DNA of 64,000 bases from Acidimicrobiales bacterium (GTDB lineage Bacteria; Actinomycetota; Acidimicrobiia; Acidimicrobiales; Bog-793), in NCBI GenBank assembly GCA_050744865.1, contig JBOGHW010000032.1, positions 5,047 through 69,046 of the forward strand, in the 5' to 3' direction. The translations under genes were made by a program, and so were the position numbers. Under the pieces are notes generated by a model that was not told where the DNA came from, made no database searches, and saw only the letters and a list, made by a program, of their open reading frames with translations. How positions within the stretch are numbered: the stretch's first letter is position 1; each line of letters starts with the position of its first letter. Below are positions 24,500-33,636 of the stretch, piece by piece.

Positions 24500-26544
24500 G
24501 AGCGGAGGCCGCGCCGCGATCGCCGGTGCTCGATGAAGTCGACGAGCACGTAGTCCCCGAGGGTCTCGGGAGTCGTGAAGAATGCCCGGCCGCCGTTCAG
24601 CTGACTGATCTTCTCGACGAAGTCCCTCAGGTGGCCAGCCGCATCGAGGGCGAACGTGTTCAGCCTGATCCCTTCGCGAGTCAGCCTGATCACCTCGGCC
24701 AGGGTCGCGTCGACCGTCGCCCGCACCGGCGGGTAGTTGAAGAACACCTCGCCGCCGTCGGTCAGGTGAGCGGTCGGCTCACCGTCGGTGATCATGATGA
24801 TCTGCTTGGTCCCGGCGCGACTCGCGAGCAGCCGCCGGGCCAGCATGAAGGCATGCTGCATGTTGGTCCCGTAGACGAAGTCCCAAGCGACCTCGGGCAG
24901 CTGCGCCACCTTGATCTCCCTGGCAGTCTCAGAGAAACCGACAATCCCCAAATAGTCCCGGGGGAACTGGCTCGAGATCAGAGCCTGCATGGCAATGGCC
25001 ACCTTCTTGGCTGCAAGGAAGTTGTCCCTCATGGGCATCGAGAGCGACAAGTCGAGCAGCAGCACAGTCGAGCAGGACGTCGAGTGCTCGGTCTGCTCGA
25101 TCTCGAAGTCGCCCGGCTCCAAACGCACCGGGAAGCGCACGCCGGGCACAGCAGCACGGACGGCGGAGCCGGCCTGGGATCCGGCCTGGCGAGCGATGGC
25201 GTTGCGGACCGTCCGTTCGACGTGGAGGTTGAAGGGATCGCCGAACTCGTAAGCCTTGGTGTGGTCGGACCGCTCGTGCCCGGTGCCGGCAAGCGCTGTC
25301 TCGTGGCCACCGAGGCGGTCCTTGGTGAGGCGGGCGAACAGCTCCCGGAGGGCCTTCTTTCCGATGTGGCGCAGGCCGCGTGGCGTCAACTCGAGCCTGC
25401 CCTCGACGTTCTCGACCAGTCCCGCCTCCTCCAGTCGTCTCGACAGCCGGGCCAGCTCTGCCAGCGAGGAGGCCGCCTCGGCACCCAGCAACTGGCGGGC
25501 CCGATCGATGTCGACCTCGGCCAGGGCGCCCGGCTGCGGCGAGCCGGACAGCAGCTGCTCCAGCTGGTCCATGTCGGCCAAGCGCCCGAACAAGTCGGAG
25601 GCTTCGGCAAGCCCGGGCGCCTCGGCGCCGGAGAACGACACCCGACGATCCCAGCTCGCATCGGGAAACATCGACCTGAGGTTCCCGGCCAACCGGCTCA
25701 CCTGCCACTGCAGATCCATGTCGCCGAGGAGCTCGTCCATGAGTCCTTGCAGCTGCTGGCGCTGGGCGGGCGTCATCGAGGCCAGCATCGCCGAGGTCGC
25801 CGCCATGCGATCTGCAAGCTGGGAAAGCAGCTCTTCGAGGTTCGCCGGGTCGCCGGGGAACAGGTCGCCGAACTCGGACATGAACGACTCGAAGCTCGGG
25901 TCGAGCTCCAGGCCCGCCTCATGCTGCTCGATCATCCGGTTGAGAGCGTCGATCCCCTGGCGTAAATGGTCCCGTTCGCCGGCACCCATAGAGGACATGG
26001 CGCCGGCCGCCTGGTCCAGGTACGACTGCACGATCTCGCCGCGAAGGCGCTCCATGAGCTCCTCGAAGTGCTCACGGGCTTGAGTCGACACGAACTCGTA
26101 GCCCGACAGCGCCCGGACGCGACCGGCGAGGTCGTCGAGCAGGAGGCTGAGCTCGGAGCGGCGATCAGCGACGGCGGCGCTCGTCACCTCCTGGCGCCGC
26201 TGGTCGCCCGACTCGCCGGCTTCCGCCTCGAGCTCGTCCAGCGCCGCCCTTTCCGTGGACACCACTTCAGCCAGCTCTGCGGCGATCTCCGAGTACACAC
26301 CGCCCAGGTCGTACTGTTCCCGGGCGGCCTGGCGCTCGTCACGCAGGCGCTCCAGCAGCTCGCGAAGGCCGGAGACGCGATTGCCCTGCCTGTCGGAGAA
26401 TCCCTGCTGCAACAGGCGCCTGAGTGCGGCGTTGACGTCTCCGTGGTACATGAGGTCGTCGTTGATCTCGCCGAGGATCGCGTCGGCATCGAGGTCGAAA
26501 CCCTGCTGCGACCCGTCCCAGCGCGAATACCTCGCATGCGTCAC
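24493..26544 (-). CDS. large vWA-domain protein (long helical N-terminal region + C-terminal von Willebrand A domain)
   Basis: C-terminal vWA with MIDAS DxSxS (VLLLDLSLSMPM), ...IVGFSETAREI..., ...IIMITDGEPTAH... The probable start is GTG 26544 (VTHARYSRWDG...). Confidence 0.8.
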   Translation of the reverse strand: MTHARYSRWDGSQQGFDLDADAILGEINDDLMYHGDVNAALRRLLQQGFSDRQGNRVSGLRELLERLRDERQAAREQYDLGGVYSEIAAELAEVVSTERAALDELEAEAGESGDQRRQEVTSAAVADRRSELSLLLDDLAGRVRALSGYEFVSTQAREHFEELMERLRGEIVQSYLDQAAGAMSSMGAGERDHLRQGIDALNRMIEQHEAGLELDPSFESFMSEFGDLFPGDPANLEELLSQLADRMAATSAMLASMTPAQRQQLQGLMDELLGDMDLQWQVSRLAGNLRSMFPDASWDRRVSFSGAEAPGLAEASDLFGRLADMDQLEQLLSGSPQPGALAEVDIDRARQLLGAEAASSLAELARLSRRLEEAGLVENVEGRLELTPRGLRHIGKKALRELFARLTKDRLGGHETALAGTGHERSDHTKAYEFGDPFNLHVERTVRNAIARQAGSQAGSAVRAAVPGVRFPVRLEPGDFEIEQTEHSTSCSTVLLLDLSLSMPMRDNFLAAKKVAIAMQALISSQFPRDYLGIVGFSETAREIKVAQLPEVAWDFVYGTNMQHAFMLARRLLASRAGTKQIIMITDGEPTAHLTDGGEVFFNYPPVRATVDATLAEVIRLTREGIRLNTFALDAAGHLRDFVEKISQLNGGRAFFTTPETLGDYVLVDFIEHRRSRRGLRSA

Positions 26545-26663
26545 CCTTGCGAGTGTAGGGACACCCGCCGCAGTAGGCAGTTCGACCGGGGCGTCTGCGC
26601 CAACTCGAGCCCGCCCGCCACTGTGGTCGCAAGAAGGCAACCGCTCACTAGGCTCGGGTACCC

Positions 26664-28079
26664 ATGCCAGACACGCCACTTGAAACTGCTAGGACGCTGG
26701 GCGAGCTCCGCTCCGCCGGATATACCAGCAAGCCAGTCAAAGAAGAGTTGCGCGCAAACCTGCTGAAGCGCCTTGCCGCCGGCGAGCCCGCCGTAACCGG
26801 CGTGCTCGGCTACGACGACGACGTCCTGCCGGCACTGGAGCACGCCATCATCGCCTGCCACGACGTCATCATCCTCGGCGAGCGCGGGCAGGCCAAGTCG
26901 AGGATCATCCGGTCGCTGGTCGGCCTCCTCGACGAGTGGATCCCCGTCGTCGCCGGCTCAGAGATCAACGACGACCCTTTCGCGCCGGTGTCCCGCCACG
27001 CTCGTGACCTGGTGGCCGAAAAGGGCGACGACACGCCGTTGACCTGGGTGCACCGTAGCCAGCGGTACGGCGAGAAGCTCGCTACGCCGGACACCTCGAT
27101 CGCCGACGTCATAGGAGAGGTCGACCCCATCAAAGTCGCAGAGGGCCGCTACTTGTCCGACGAGCTCACTATCCACTACGGCCTGGTACCACGCTCGAAC
27201 CGAGGCATCTTCGCAGTGAACGAGCTCCCCGACTTGGCCGAGCGCATCCAGGTCGGCCTGCTGGACGTGCTGGAGGAGCGCGACATCCAGATCCGCGGCC
27301 ACAAGGTCCGCCTTCCGCTCGACGTCATGCTCGTGGCTACGGCCAACCCTGAGGACTACACGAATCGGGGGAGAATAATCACGCCCCTCAAGGATCGTTT
27401 CGGTTCGAGAGTCCGCACCCACTACCCCACCGACACCGCAACGGAGCTGGCAATTGTCCACCAGGAGGCGAGATCGCTCGACGGCCTCGGCCTGCGTGTC
27501 TCCACGCCGCCGTTCATGGCCGAGATCGTCGCCCGCGTGAGCCAGCTCGCCCGCAACAATCCCAGGGTGTCACAGCACTCAGGCGTGTCTGTCCGCCTCA
27601 GCGTGGCCAACTACGAGACGCTGGAGGCCGCTGCTGTCCGGCGGGCGATGCGCCATGGCGAGCCGGAGGCAGTGCCGCGCGTCAGCGACCTCGACGCCAT
27701 CTATTCCTCGACGTTGGGCAAGCTCGAGATCGAGTCCATGGAAGAGGGCGAGGACGCCGAAGTGGTCGACAAGATCGTGAGAGCGGCCGTCCTGCTGACA
27801 TTTAGGGAGAATTGCCCGAGCGGGCAGCTGGGCCAGATCGTGGGCGGGTTCGAGGACGGCGGTGTCGTGCACGCCGGCGCCGACCTCGACTCGGCCGCCT
27901 ATCTCGAGGTGTTCGAGCGGATCGGGGCAATGCGCTCGCCTGCCGCTGAGCTTGCCGGCTCGGAGAGCCCGGCTGCTCTCGCCAGCGCCGTCGAGCTCAT
28001 CCTCGAGGGGCTTCATCTCTCCAAACGCCTCAACAAGGACGCCTCCGGACAGCGGGCGACCTACCGATCCCGCTCCTGA
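26664..28079 (+). CDS. ChlI/BchI-like AAA+ ATPase (often auto-named sigma-54-interacting), partner of the vWA protein
   Basis: Walker A ILGERGQAKS, Walker B-like GIFAVNELPDL, ...VATANPEDYTNRGRIITPLKDRFG... No C-terminal HTH is recognisable. Confidence 0.8.
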   Translation: MPDTPLETARTLGELRSAGYTSKPVKEELRANLLKRLAAGEPAVTGVLGYDDDVLPALEHAIIACHDVIILGERGQAKSRIIRSLVGLLDEWIPVVAGSEINDDPFAPVSRHARDLVAEKGDDTPLTWVHRSQRYGEKLATPDTSIADVIGEVDPIKVAEGRYLSDELTIHYGLVPRSNRGIFAVNELPDLAERIQVGLLDVLEERDIQIRGHKVRLPLDVMLVATANPEDYTNRGRIITPLKDRFGSRVRTHYPTDTATELAIVHQEARSLDGLGLRVSTPPFMAEIVARVSQLARNNPRVSQHSGVSVRLSVANYETLEAAAVRRAMRHGEPEAVPRVSDLDAIYSSTLGKLEIESMEEGEDAEVVDKIVRAAVLLTFRENCPSGQLGQIVGGFEDGGVVHAGADLDSAAYLEVFERIGAMRSPAAELAGSESPAALASAVELILEGLHLSKRLNKDASGQRATYRSRS

Positions 28080-28091
28080 CGGCCCCAACCG

Positions 28092-28925
28092 ATGACGAGC
28101 CGGCCAGACGCTGAAGCTCTGCTCGCCGGCCATCGGCTGGTCTTCGTAGGTGGCCTTCACCGCAGCGGCACGTCGTTCATCGCCCGCATGCTGGCCGGCC
28201 ACCCCGACGCCTCCGGCTTGACGGGTACGGGCGCCTACGAGGACGAGGGCCAGCACCTCCAAGACGTCTATCCCGCCGCCAACAAGTACGGCGGGCCAGG
28301 CCACTTCGCCTTGGCGCCCGAGATGCACCTCGTCGAGAGCGACGCCGGGAGCCCGCCCGACCGGGAGGCCAAGGCGCTCCGGCTCCTCAGCGGCTGGGTG
28401 CCGCACTGGGACATGGACAAGCAGATCCTGGTCGAGAAGTCTCCGCCGAACCTCGTAAAGGCCCGCTATTTGCAGAGCCTGTTCCCCGGCGCCGCCTTCC
28501 TCATGGTCACCAGGCACCCCATCGCCGTCTCGGAGGCGACTGCCCACTGGTCCAAGACGGACCGCTACCAGCTCACCCGTCACTGGTTGCATGCCCACGA
28601 GATCATGCGCGACGACACGTGCAAGCTCGACTGCGCCGTCACGGTCAGGTACGAGGACGTCGTGGCCGCCCCCCAGCACGAGTACGCCAAAGTGCTCGAG
28701 TGGCTCGGCCTGCTCAGCCACGACACCGGCGAGCCGGTCCGCGCCGGGGTCAACGAGAAGTACTTCGCCAGCTGGCAAGCCGGCGGTCCGTGGAAGCGCC
28801 GTGCCGCCCGGCGGGCGACTGCGGAGTACGCCGAGCGCGTCGCTAGCTTCGGCTACTCCCTCCATCCGCCTTACTCGCAACTCGTGGACGGCTCGCATCG
28901 TCGCTCGGGGGCGCAACCCGCTTGA
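28092..28925 (+). CDS. sulfotransferase-family protein
   Basis: P-loop-like 5'-PSB motif VGGLHRSGTSFIARML; later ...LVEKSPPN...MVTRHPIAV... It begins 12 nt after the AAA+ gene. Confidence 0.7.
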   Translation: MTSRPDAEALLAGHRLVFVGGLHRSGTSFIARMLAGHPDASGLTGTGAYEDEGQHLQDVYPAANKYGGPGHFALAPEMHLVESDAGSPPDREAKALRLLSGWVPHWDMDKQILVEKSPPNLVKARYLQSLFPGAAFLMVTRHPIAVSEATAHWSKTDRYQLTRHWLHAHEIMRDDTCKLDCAVTVRYEDVVAAPQHEYAKVLEWLGLLSHDTGEPVRAGVNEKYFASWQAGGPWKRRAARRATAEYAERVASFGYSLHPPYSQLVDGSHRRSGAQPA

Positions 28926-29118
28926 GCAAGCCGGTCCGGCTGCAGGCGCCGACTCGCCCAGGACTCGCCCGCCCAACAGGCTCCGACGCGCCCTGCAGCG
29001 ACTCGTTCAGCAGGCGCCGACTCGCCAGGCAGGCGCGTTTGATGGAAAGATCGGGCCGAGCAGTCGGCTCTGATCGCGCCCGCGTTCGGCCAACACACAG
29101 ACGGATGGAGGACCGCAT

Positions 29119-29979
29119 TTGAGCGTCATCGAGGACACGGCCGCGACACCGGCGCCGATCCCGGTCAAGATCGGTGCACCACGCGGCGGGCCGCCCAGAT
29201 CGGTGATCCTGCGTGCTGACAGGTGGTGGCTGGGGCCGGCGGCAACGGCATTCGGGCTGCTGTGCTTCGTTGGCTACGGTGTCTGGACGGCGTTCCGCAA
29301 CGTCGACTACTTCGCCGGAGCGGCGGTCGGGCGCGACTACCTCTCGCCGTTCTACTCCCCTTGCATCGCCAACAGTTGCGGGAACGCAGCCCAATTCGGC
29401 CATGTCGGCAGCATCGGCATCGTCTCGCCGGCGCTGCTGGTCCTCATCTTCCCGATGGGGTTCCGCCTCACCTGCTACTACTACCGCAAGGCCTACTACC
29501 GGTCGTTCTGGGCCTCCCCACCGGCCTGCGCCGTGGCTGATGCCGGCTCGACTGGGTCCGGCGGGTTACGAAGCAAGTACGGCGGCGAGACGCGCTTCCC
29601 CCTCGTCCTCAACAACATCCACCGCTACTTCTTCTACTTCGCTCTGCTATTTGCCGCCCTGCTCACTTACGACGCTGTCGAGGCCTTTAGGTTCCCGGGA
29701 GGCCTCGGCATGGGCCTCGGCACCCTCGTCCTGTGTGCCAACGCCGTGCTCATCTGGCTCTACACGGCGGGCTGCCACGCCTGCCGCCACCTGTGCGGGG
29801 GAGGCACCAAGCTGTTCTCCGCCTCGAAGACCCGGTTCAAGCTCTGGCGCCATGTCGTGACGCCGCTCAACGCCCGCCACCAGCTGTTCGCTTGGATGTC
29901 CCTCATCTGGGTGGCCTTGACAGACTTGTACGTCTACCTGGTCTCGAGCGGCGCCATCCACGACCCGAGGTTCTTCTGA
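29119..29979 (+). CDS. sdhC: succinate dehydrogenase membrane anchor subunit, Sdh1-type (single large subunit)
   Basis: Polytopic ORF immediately upstream of, and overlapping, sdhA. Motif TAGCHACRHLCGG. TTG start with GGAGGA 6 nt upstream. Confidence 0.65.
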   Translation: MSVIEDTAATPAPIPVKIGAPRGGPPRSVILRADRWWLGPAATAFGLLCFVGYGVWTAFRNVDYFAGAAVGRDYLSPFYSPCIANSCGNAAQFGHVGSIGIVSPALLVLIFPMGFRLTCYYYRKAYYRSFWASPPACAVADAGSTGSGGLRSKYGGETRFPLVLNNIHRYFFYFALLFAALLTYDAVEAFRFPGGLGMGLGTLVLCANAVLIWLYTAGCHACRHLCGGGTKLFSASKTRFKLWRHVVTPLNARHQLFAWMSLIWVALTDLYVYLVSSGAIHDPRFF

Positions 29980-31778
29980 TGCCCGAGGTAGAGACTCACT
30001 CCTACGACGTCCTCGTCGTGGGCGCCGGCGGGGCAGGGATGCGGGCTGCCGTCGAGTCCCTGCAGCTTGGCGCCCGTACCGCCCTCGTCTGCAAGTCTCT
30101 CCTCGGCAAAGCCCACACCGTGATGGCCGAGGGTGGCATAGCAGCCGCCATGGGCAACGTCTGGCCGGATGACAACTGGCAGGTCCACTTCCGCGACACC
30201 ATGCGCGGCGGGAAGATGCTCAACAACTGGCGGATGGCCCAGCTCCACGCCCAGGAGGCACCCGACCGCGTGTTCGAGCTCGAGGAGTGGGGGGCGCTCT
30301 TCGACCGGACTCCGGACGGCCGCATCCTGCAGCGGGACTTCGGTGGCCACCGGTACGCCCGCCTTGCCCATGTCGGCGACCGGACGGGGCTCGAGATGAT
30401 CCGGACGCTCCAGCACCGCGCCGTGAGCCTCGGCGTCGACGTCTACATGGAGTGCAAGATCGTGCGGCTCCTGCGTGACGCCGGCGGCAACGTCAACGGG
30501 GCACTCGGGTTCTGGCGCGAGAGCGGACGTTTCGTCCAGTTCCCGGCCAAGGCAGTCGTGCTTGCCACCGGCGGTGTCGGCAAGACCTGGAAGTTCACCT
30601 CGAACTCCTGGGAGTCGACAGGCGACGGCCACGCCCTTGCGCTGTTCGCCGGTGCGGACATGATCGACATGGAGTGCGTGCAGTTCCACCCGACAGGCAT
30701 GGTCTGGCCGACATCGGCCAGGGGCCTTCTCGTCACCGAGGGGGTGCGCGGCGACGGCGGCGTGCTCAAGAACCTTGACGGCAAGCGCTTCATGTTCGAC
30801 TACATATCGCCCTACTTCGCCGCCGAGACGGCCGACAGCATCGAGGAAGGCGACAAGTGGTACGACAACAAGAAGGACTACCGCCGCCCACCAGAGCTGC
30901 TGCCGCGTGACGAGGTCGCCCGCGCCATCAATTCCGAGGTGAAGGAGGGCCGGGGATCACCGCACGGCGGCGTGTTTCTCGACATCGCCTCCCGCCGGAG
31001 CGCCGAGTACATCCGGCGGCGCCTGCCTTCGATGTACCACCAGTTCAAGCAACTCGCCGATGTCGACATAACCACCGACGCCATGGAGGTGGGCCCGACT
31101 TGCCACTACATCATGGGGGGAGTGCGCGTCGACGCCGAGACGGCGGCCACGACAGTCGGCGGCCTCTATGCCGCCGGTGAGGTCGCCGGCGGGATGCACG
31201 GTGCCAACAGGCTGGGGGGGAACTCGTTGTCCGACCTCTTGGTGTTCGGGCGGCGTGCAGGCCTGGCAGCCGCCGAGCACGCCTTGGGCAAGGCTGGCGA
31301 CATCGTCGACGACGCTGCCCAGGTTCAAAGCGTCATCGATCATGCTCTCGCCCCGTTCGCCAACGAAGGCAGCGAGAACCCCTACACCGTCCACCATGAC
31401 CTGCAGGAGTCCATGCAGAGCCTCGTCGGCATCATCCGCACGGCTAGCGAGCTCGACGAGGCAAAAGGCAAGCTGGTGGAGCTTGGCGAGCGGGCGGCCA
31501 AGGTCTCGGTCGAGGGCAACCAGTCCTTCAACCCCGGCTGGCACCTCGCCCTCGACATCGAGTCCATGCTGGCCTGCGCCAACTGCACCACCCTCGGCGC
31601 CATCGAGCGCAAGGAGAGCCGGGGCGGCCACACCCGAGAGGACTTCCCCAAGGCCGACCCGGAGCTCGAGAAAGTGAACATGGTCACTCGGATCCGCGAC
31701 AAGGTCGTGACGGTCAGCCCGGAGCCCAAGCCGGTCATGCCGGGCGAGCTCGCCAAGCTCTTCGAGGAGGCGAACTGA
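29979..31778 (+). CDS. sdhA: succinate dehydrogenase/fumarate reductase flavoprotein subunit
   Basis: YDVLVVGAGGAGMRAA, SHTVMAEGGIAA-type region (AHTVMAEGGIAAA), RLGGNSLSDLLVFGR. The ATG overlaps the sdhC TGA. Confidence 0.95.
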   Translation: MPEVETHSYDVLVVGAGGAGMRAAVESLQLGARTALVCKSLLGKAHTVMAEGGIAAAMGNVWPDDNWQVHFRDTMRGGKMLNNWRMAQLHAQEAPDRVFELEEWGALFDRTPDGRILQRDFGGHRYARLAHVGDRTGLEMIRTLQHRAVSLGVDVYMECKIVRLLRDAGGNVNGALGFWRESGRFVQFPAKAVVLATGGVGKTWKFTSNSWESTGDGHALALFAGADMIDMECVQFHPTGMVWPTSARGLLVTEGVRGDGGVLKNLDGKRFMFDYISPYFAAETADSIEEGDKWYDNKKDYRRPPELLPRDEVARAINSEVKEGRGSPHGGVFLDIASRRSAEYIRRRLPSMYHQFKQLADVDITTDAMEVGPTCHYIMGGVRVDAETAATTVGGLYAAGEVAGGMHGANRLGGNSLSDLLVFGRRAGLAAAEHALGKAGDIVDDAAQVQSVIDHALAPFANEGSENPYTVHHDLQESMQSLVGIIRTASELDEAKGKLVELGERAAKVSVEGNQSFNPGWHLALDIESMLACANCTTLGAIERKESRGGHTREDFPKADPELEKVNMVTRIRDKVVTVSPEPKPVMPGELAKLFEEAN

Positions 31779-32623
31779 TGTCCGAAGTCGTGATGCGCGT
31801 CTGGCGGGGTGACGGGGCGGGCGGGGACTTCGTCGACTACACGCTGCCCGCCCAGGAGGGCGAGGTCGTGCTCGACGTCATCCACCGCCTGCAGGCGACC
31901 CAGACACCTGACCTTGCCGTCCGCTGGAACTGCAAGGCAGGAAAGTGCGGCTCGTGCTCGGCGGAGATCAACGGCCGGCCGCGGCTGATGTGCATGACGC
32001 GGATGAGCTCTCTGCCAGAGGGGCGCCCCGTCACTGTGTCGCCGATGCGCGCCTTCCCGGTCATGCGAGACCTCGTCACCGACGTCTCGTACAACTTCGA
32101 GGTCGCCAAGCAAATACCCGCCTTCACACCGCCGCCCAAACCGGAGGGCGGGTACCGGATGGCACAGGTCGACATCGACCGCGGGCAGGAGTTCCACAAG
32201 TGCATCGAGTGTTTCTTATGCCAGAACGTGTGCCACGTGATCCGCGACCACGAGGAGAACAAGCAGCACTATGCGGGGCCGCGCTTCTTCGTGCGGTTGG
32301 CCGAACTGGAGATGCACCCGCTCGACACGCTTGATCGCCGTGCTTACATCTCGGAGCGGATGGGGATCGGCTACTGCAACATCACCAAGTGCTGCACCGA
32401 AGTCTGCCCCGAGGACATCCATATCACCGACAACGCCATCATCCCTCTCAAGGAGCGAGTCGTCGACTCCCGCTACGACCCGGTGGCCTGGCTCGGGCGC
32501 AAGATACTCGGCCGGTCCTCGCCGACGAGCACCGCCGAGGCAGCCAAGCACACGGGAGCCGCTATGGCGGCGGCCAGGTCCAACGGGTCGAACGGGTCGG
32601 AAAGCACCGCCGCCGGCGACTGA
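31778..32623 (+). CDS. sdhB: succinate dehydrogenase iron-sulfur subunit
   Basis: WNCKAGKCGSCSAEINGRPRLMC and CIECFLCQNVCH / CTEVCPEDI cluster motifs. It has an Ala/Ser/Gly-rich C-terminal extension. Confidence 0.9.
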   Translation: MSEVVMRVWRGDGAGGDFVDYTLPAQEGEVVLDVIHRLQATQTPDLAVRWNCKAGKCGSCSAEINGRPRLMCMTRMSSLPEGRPVTVSPMRAFPVMRDLVTDVSYNFEVAKQIPAFTPPPKPEGGYRMAQVDIDRGQEFHKCIECFLCQNVCHVIRDHEENKQHYAGPRFFVRLAELEMHPLDTLDRRAYISERMGIGYCNITKCCTEVCPEDIHITDNAIIPLKERVVDSRYDPVAWLGRKILGRSSPTSTAEAAKHTGAAMAAARSNGSNGSESTAAGD

Positions 32624-33130
32624 GTGCTGGAATACCTCTCGGACGCCTGGCTGGAGGCGCTTGCGGCCACTCTGGCCTCCCTGCCCGGCGCCGAGACAGC
32701 CAATCCGCCGGTCGAGCTCTCCGCCGGCCCGGGCCAGTCTCCCGACGTGGGAGATCCACCGCTCGGCGTCGCACCTGAGCCGGCCGGGCCTTTGCCGATG
32801 CTGGCCCTCGGCCAGGTAGTCACGGGAGTTCCCAGGCTGACCGGAGGCGAGCTCCACTACACGATCGTCATGGGGGGACCCGCAGGCCCACGCCTCGAGG
32901 TCGGGACGATCCAGAGCGCCGACGTGGTACTGGTGACGAGCTATCCGGACGCCGCAGCCCTGTTCCTCGGCTCGAGCACGGCGGCGGATCTTCTCGCCCT
33001 CGGGCGCGTCAAGATCAGAGGAGACGCCGGCCGCGTCGTACAAGCTGCCGCGCTCGTCGAGCAGGCGGCAAGAGCCACTGCCCTGCTCCGGGACCGCACC
33101 GTCGTCGTCGCAGTGCCACAGGCAACGTGA
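32624..33130 (+). CDS. SCP2-like (sterol/lipid carrier fold) protein, fourth gene of the sdh operon
   Basis: GTG directly follows the sdhB TGA. N-terminus LSDAWLEALAATL and C-terminus AADLLALGRVKIRGDAGRVVQAAAL resemble SCP2-domain ends. Confidence 0.5.
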   Translation: MLEYLSDAWLEALAATLASLPGAETANPPVELSAGPGQSPDVGDPPLGVAPEPAGPLPMLALGQVVTGVPRLTGGELHYTIVMGGPAGPRLEVGTIQSADVVLVTSYPDAAALFLGSSTAADLLALGRVKIRGDAGRVVQAAALVEQAARATALLRDRTVVVAVPQAT

Positions 33131-33197
33131 CCAAGCGGTCCAGGATCTTCACTCGATCGTCAAGATCAGCGCCTGATCCGCGACGAGCCGGCGACTA

Positions 33198-33452
33198 GTG
33201 TTGCGGGATTACCTTCGAGGAAGGGAGCCAACGCAGATGACCCTCACCGGAGTGATCGATGATCACATGCTCCAGAAGTACCGGGCACTGCTCGATCAGG
33301 AGGACATCGCCTTCGACGAGCTGGAGCATGCGTACGAGGACGGCGACCGCGATCACTTCGACAAGGACTTATCCCACTGGGCTGAGGCTGCACAGCGTAG
33401 GCTTGCCTACTTGAAGAAGATGGGTGTCGAGCTGCAACTCGAAAAGGTTTGA
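33198..33452 (+). CDS. small acidic helical hypothetical protein (ATG 33237 with GGGAG upstream is a likely start)
   Basis: The ORF has protein-like composition (IDDHMLQKYRALLDQEDIAFDELEHAYEDGDRDHFDKDL...). No family recognised. Confidence 0.4.
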   Translation: MLRDYLRGREPTQMTLTGVIDDHMLQKYRALLDQEDIAFDELEHAYEDGDRDHFDKDLSHWAEAAQRRLAYLKKMGVELQLEKV

Positions 33453-33636
33453 CATCCGGTCCTTAGGCTTTGCCAAACTGAGGTACTGCGAATGTCACGT
33501 CTGGAACCTGCCACTTTCCTAACCACTGGCAAGCGGGTAGTGTGTTCGGCGTCGGGACGAAAGTCATGATTCGCCGAGATGCAACAGGCCGCCAGCGGAG
33601 ACCGCCTCGGTTCGTTGCACAGCACCGGGGGGCGCA

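Noticed and set aside
24526-26083. Plus-strand ORFs of 479 aa and 275 aa antisense to the vWA gene
   Set aside because: No motifs and an Arg/Pro/Gly/Ser-rich translation, whereas the opposite strand encodes a coherent vWA protein.
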